From NCBI GenBank assembly GCA_951804945.1, contig OX638152.1:96534001-96598000 (forward strand): a DNA stretch of 64,000 nucleotides. Reading direction: 5' to 3'. Source of the DNA: Podarcis cretensis. Lineage: Eukaryota. Of the stretch, positions 60,351 through 64,000 are shown one piece after another. A program made the position numbers and the translations under genes. The notes beneath the pieces are model-generated. The model had not been told where the DNA came from. It saw only the letters and a list, made by a program, of their open reading frames with translations, and did not search any database. Within the stretch, counting starts at the first letter, position 1; each line of letters starts with the position of its first letter.

Positions 60351-60737
60351 CATAGAATCATAGAATCATAGAGTTGGAAGAGACCACAAGGGCCATCGAG
60401 TCCAACCCCCTGCCAAGCAGGAAACACCATCAGAGCACTCCTGACATATGGTTGTCAAGCCTCTGCTTAAAGACCTCCAAAGAAGGAGACTCCACCACAC
60501 TCCTTGGCAGCAAATTCCACTGTCGAACAGCTCTTACTGTCAGGAAGTTCTTCCTAATGTTTAGGTGGAATCTTCTTTCTTGTAGTTTGGAACCATTGCT
60601 CCGTGTCTGCTTCTCTGGAGCAGCAGAAAACAATCTTTCTCCCTCCTCTATGTGACATCCTTTTATATATTTGAACATGGCTATCATATCACCCCTTAAC
60701 CTCCTCTTCTCCAGGCTAAACATGCCCAGCTCCCTTA
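60351..60737 (-). mobile_element. CR1 LINE 3' fragment, fairly young
   Basis: ORF 60430-60744 (RELGMFSLEKRRLRGDMIAMFKYIKG...RAVRQWNLLP...KQRLDNH) is uninterrupted; (CATAGAAT)n tail. Confidence 0.96.
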
Positions 60738-60890
60738 TGCTCATGGGAGCATTCAGTGGAGACTAATGGGGCACTGCACCACTAAGTCTGTCCCCAACTT
60801 GCCTGCCTACCCTCTTAACAACTTGTCTAGGGAGGTGGCACTGCTTTTCAACAGCAGCATCCTCTGTCTCAGTACTGCTCTCATAGAAGA

Positions 60891-61116
60891 CTTTGGATTT
60901 GATATCCCTCTTTATCACTACCTGAAGGTGTCTCAAAGCGTCTTACAATCTCCTTTCCCCTCCTCCCCCACAACAAACACTCTGTGAGGTGAGTGGGGCT
61001 GAGAGACTTCAGAGAAGTGTGACTGGCCCAAGGTCACCCAGCAGCTGCATGTGGAAGAGCGGGAAGCGAACCCAGTTCACCAGATTACGAGACTACTGCT
61101 CTTAAACACTACACCA
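60891..61116 (-). mobile_element. CORE-type (Squam3/MIR-like) tRNA-derived SINE
   Basis: Minus strand starts TGGTGTAGTGTTTAAGAGC (A box), GGGTTCGCTTCC (B box), GGGTGACCTTGGGCCAGTCAC, CACCTCACAGAGTGTTTGTTGTGGG core. Confidence 0.85.
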
Positions 61117-61341
61117 TAGTGGTAGAACTCAGCAGGAAGGAGGAGGGGGACAAAACTAGAATTAGAAGTGAGACACTGCCTGTCATGGGTTCTGGCTCCA
61201 CCTTCTGCTGGTTTCCCTACCTTCTGCTCTAACCAGCGTTTGACACTCCCATTGTTCAAGGCGCATTTTGCGACAGCAAATTTCATTAGCATGAGTAGTT
61301 TCTGAGCTCAGTACTGCGCCTAAGATTTCAGATTAAAACTT

Positions 61342-61404
61342 CAGGGAGGCAGAAAATGGTCCTCTTTTCCTTGAAGGAAAAGAGGACCCTTTTCTGCCTC
61401 CCTG
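61342..61404. repeat. 63-bp near-perfect palindrome
   Basis: 31-nt arms around a single G at 61373, one mismatch. Confidence 0.95.
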
Positions 61405-61788
61405 CTTTCTAGCTACTCTCTGAAGACTGGAGAAGAGACCCTCTTAAGAATATTAGGGGAGTGGGCAGGAGAAGGACAAGACCATGTGGAAAATGAACAT
61501 AATATTTTAGCTGCATTTTCAGCTTTATATCCTTGTTATAAAAATGTGCATCCAGACATTCTGTTGTTGCGTCCATAACCGCGGTTTAAGGTGCCATTTA
61601 GCTCCTAGCTTTCATATCTCAGTTTCTGGGTCTAACAGTTTCATTGGAATACTCTTATTACACTGCCTCCAGTCTGATGGCAGCAACAATATGAGCTTCT
61701 TCATGTATTAAGAACTGGACTGGAAGGACCTAGGTTCACATCCCCACTCAGTCATCAGGCTTGCTGGGGGACCTTTAATCAGTCACTA

Positions 61789-62351
61789 TTTTTTTTAAAA
61801 AATAAATTTTTATTAGATTTTTCCACTGTAATAACACAAACCACAAAGCAGATTAAGACACAAAAACAGAAAAGGAAAAAGAGAAGAAGAGAGAGAAGAA
61901 GAAAAAAGGGAGGGGGAAAAGGGGGGAACAATAAACAAATAGACAATAATAACAAACTTAATTCTTCACAAATCCAACTTTTTAAACATCTTGATTGACT
62001 TCCTCAAATCCCTCCCTTCTGAGTTTCCTTGTAATTTAAAAGTAACAGCTTTCCAGTATCATTATTAAACTGAAACAATTTCCAATTATAGTCATCTTAT
62101 TCACTTTTCTTGACATTCTGAATCCCATTTATTTAATTATAACTTAATTTGTCTTAGGCCTATTTGTTTCTTTCAAGTAATTTCTAATTTTTTATATTAC
62201 AATATTTGTTCAAATAGTCCTTGAATTTCCTCCAGTCCTCTTGAAGCTCCTCTTCTTTCTGGTTGCGGATTCTTCCAGTCAGGTCAGCTAGCTCCGAAAA
62301 GTCCATCATCTTTATCTGCCAATCTTCCACTGTTGATAGTTCTTGTGTTTT
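61789..62351 (-). mobile_element. L1-clade LINE, 5'-truncated
   Basis: 16-bp TSD CTTTAATCAGTCACTA (61773-61788, 62352-62367); minus strand encodes ...EDWQIKMMDFSELADLTGRIRNQKEEELQEDWRKFKDYL; poly(T) at left end. Confidence 0.9.
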
Positions 62352-62368
62352 CTTTAATCAGTCACTAA

Positions 62369-62717
62369 TAGGGCTGGGCGATATATCAATATATGGTCCA
62401 TATCAGTTTCATAGTTATTGACTATGTATCACAAATCATGATGTGTGTTAGGGCTGGCTGATCTATTGTCCAAAACTGGTTTTAAGCCCATATGATGATA
62501 ATTTTCATAATTTTTGACCTGGCCATATATTGTGAATCATGATGCGTATGTGTGTGTGCCATGCAAAAATCACAATGTGGGGAAAACCATGAAGCCAGCC
62601 AATGCCTCTACATTGTCCCATCCTTTATGTATTTCAGACATTGTGATATATCAGTATTTCGTGATGTTTAGCTGGTAATATATGATGATGCTGAAAATCA
62701 GATATTGCCCAGCCCTG
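62369..62717. mobile_element. hAT (Ac/Tip100-like) MITE
   Basis: TIRs TAGGGCTGGGCGATAT / ATATTGCCCAGCCCTG; 8-bp TSD GTCACTAA / GCCACTAA. Confidence 0.85.
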
Positions 62718-63877
62718 GCCACTAAACCCTTGCAAGATGGGGAGGGGGCCGAGCCAACGTGGAGGATTTTGCTGCCTAAGAGATATCCTCAAATGATGTC
62801 CTTCACCTACCCAAGTCAAGGTGCGCAGTAGTGCCCAAGGCGCACTCAGTTATTTCAGCACCTGGGTCAGAAAATCCAACACCTCTCCCTTTCCCGGCAG
62901 TAAAAAATGGAACAATAAATTAAGCAGCTGCTTGAGGTAGTCACCTGTCTCTCTGCCTAATGATAGGACCAGGAAGGGAGGGGCGGAAAAGGAGCAGCTC
63001 CTTGGACGCGTCCTTGAACACTTGAGCAGAGAGCCAAATTCAAACGCAATAAATAAGCAGTAACACACTGAGGCGGAAATCCCTCCTACTGGATACCACA
63101 ATGCAAGTTATTTTGCATCCTCCTGGAAATCAGAATAGGGCTAGAGCAGGTGTTCAAATTTCAGCTGGAAAATCATGCCCAAACATACATACCAAATTTC
63201 ATTCTGATACCTGTCTTCAGGGGGAAATAATTGGACTGAGATAGGTGAGAACTGAGCTGGGGGTTATTTGGGTCCCCTATTAGTTGCTGCCCAATACTCT
63301 CAGACATCAGACCTAGGCAACTGAAATTAGGCAAATGTTGGCTCTTCTCTTCTGCATATTGGTGGTGGTGGTGAATCTGGAGACGGAGCAATCCAAACCA
63401 AAGATCTCCTGAAACAAGTGGACTTTGGAACAGGTGGCTCTCCAGATGACCTTGGTCTCAGCTGGTTGAAAGTCCACCATCTCAGCTCAGCTTGAGATAA
63501 TGCCAGTGTCCATCCTCCATCTTGGCTCAGCTGAAGCTGGCTGAACTGAAACTAGGTAAGTCCCCCGAAACCCTGAGGCTTATGGGAATTGGGATCCAGT
63601 AATGCCTGTAGGGTACCAGTCTGGGAAAGGCTGCTCTTATGCAACACAAGGAACTTGCATACCTGTGGAAGAAGCAAAAAAATGCAACTGCCATGGTGCA
63701 GATTTCATTCAAAGAAAAACTTGTGTTGCTGTTTTCAAGAGCCACTGAAGAATTCAAGTAGTCAATCCGTGAGCTGCCATGAGGATGCGGTGTAACGCAA
63801 AATGGCAGTCATGGGGCGTGGCATAACACAAAATGGCTGCAGTGGGGGTGTGGCACAACAGCTACCATATCAGAGAA

Positions 63878-64000
63878 CAGGGTTGCCAACTTGAATAAAA
63901 TATGGGGGGGGGCAGGTAAACCCCAACCTTGTATAATCAATCACATGATGTAGCACATACACACCATTTGAATGGCAATGCCCATCAACTGGTGGGGGCT
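63878..64000. mobile_element. Probable hAT MITE truncated by window edge
   Basis: Begins CAGGGTTGCCAAC, a common hAT terminus; other end not visible. Confidence 0.45.

Noticed and set aside
1-64000. Prokaryote-type or viral system (CRISPR, retron, operon, endogenous virus, NUMT)
   Set aside because: No long intronless ORFs, LTR pairs, rRNA/mitochondrial similarity or repeat-spacer arrays seen; everything fits a lizard MBNL2-RAP2A locus

Overview
Vertebrate nuclear DNA, almost certainly from a squamate and probably a lacertid lizard (Podarcis-type Sauria SINEs, BovB, CR1, L2, L1, Tc1/mariner and hAT MITEs). It contains two genes on the + strand in the order known from other amniotes. (1) The end of MBNL2: last intron, dual-frame terminal coding exon at 9199-9323, and a long AU-rich 3' UTR to about 14.2 kb. 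(2) The complete two-exon RAP2A gene: CpG-island promoter at ~33.0-34.2 kb, CDS 33814-34127 + 48378-48615 (183 aa, ending CCSACNIQ), and 3' UTR to about 52.56 kb. The rest is intron or intergenic DNA dense with transposon fragments, and most ORFs in the supplied track are repeat-derived or chance. I cannot support a genuinely new biological system here. The best leads are: (a) a strong-Kozak upstream ATG in the RAP2A leader whose stop overlaps a consensus splice donor in the same phase as exon 1, predicting a 93-aa CAAX-bearing mini-isoform; (b) modular SINEs in which different tRNA heads (Lys, Asn) sit on the same CR1 tail; (c) a DNA element split and half-inverted in the RAP2A intron; (d) two near-perfect hairpins outside recognisable repeats; (e) a candidate in-frame alternative terminal exon in the RAP2A intron. 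Gene and repeat family names come from recalled sequence knowledge, not database searches, and coordinates of degenerate repeats are approximate.
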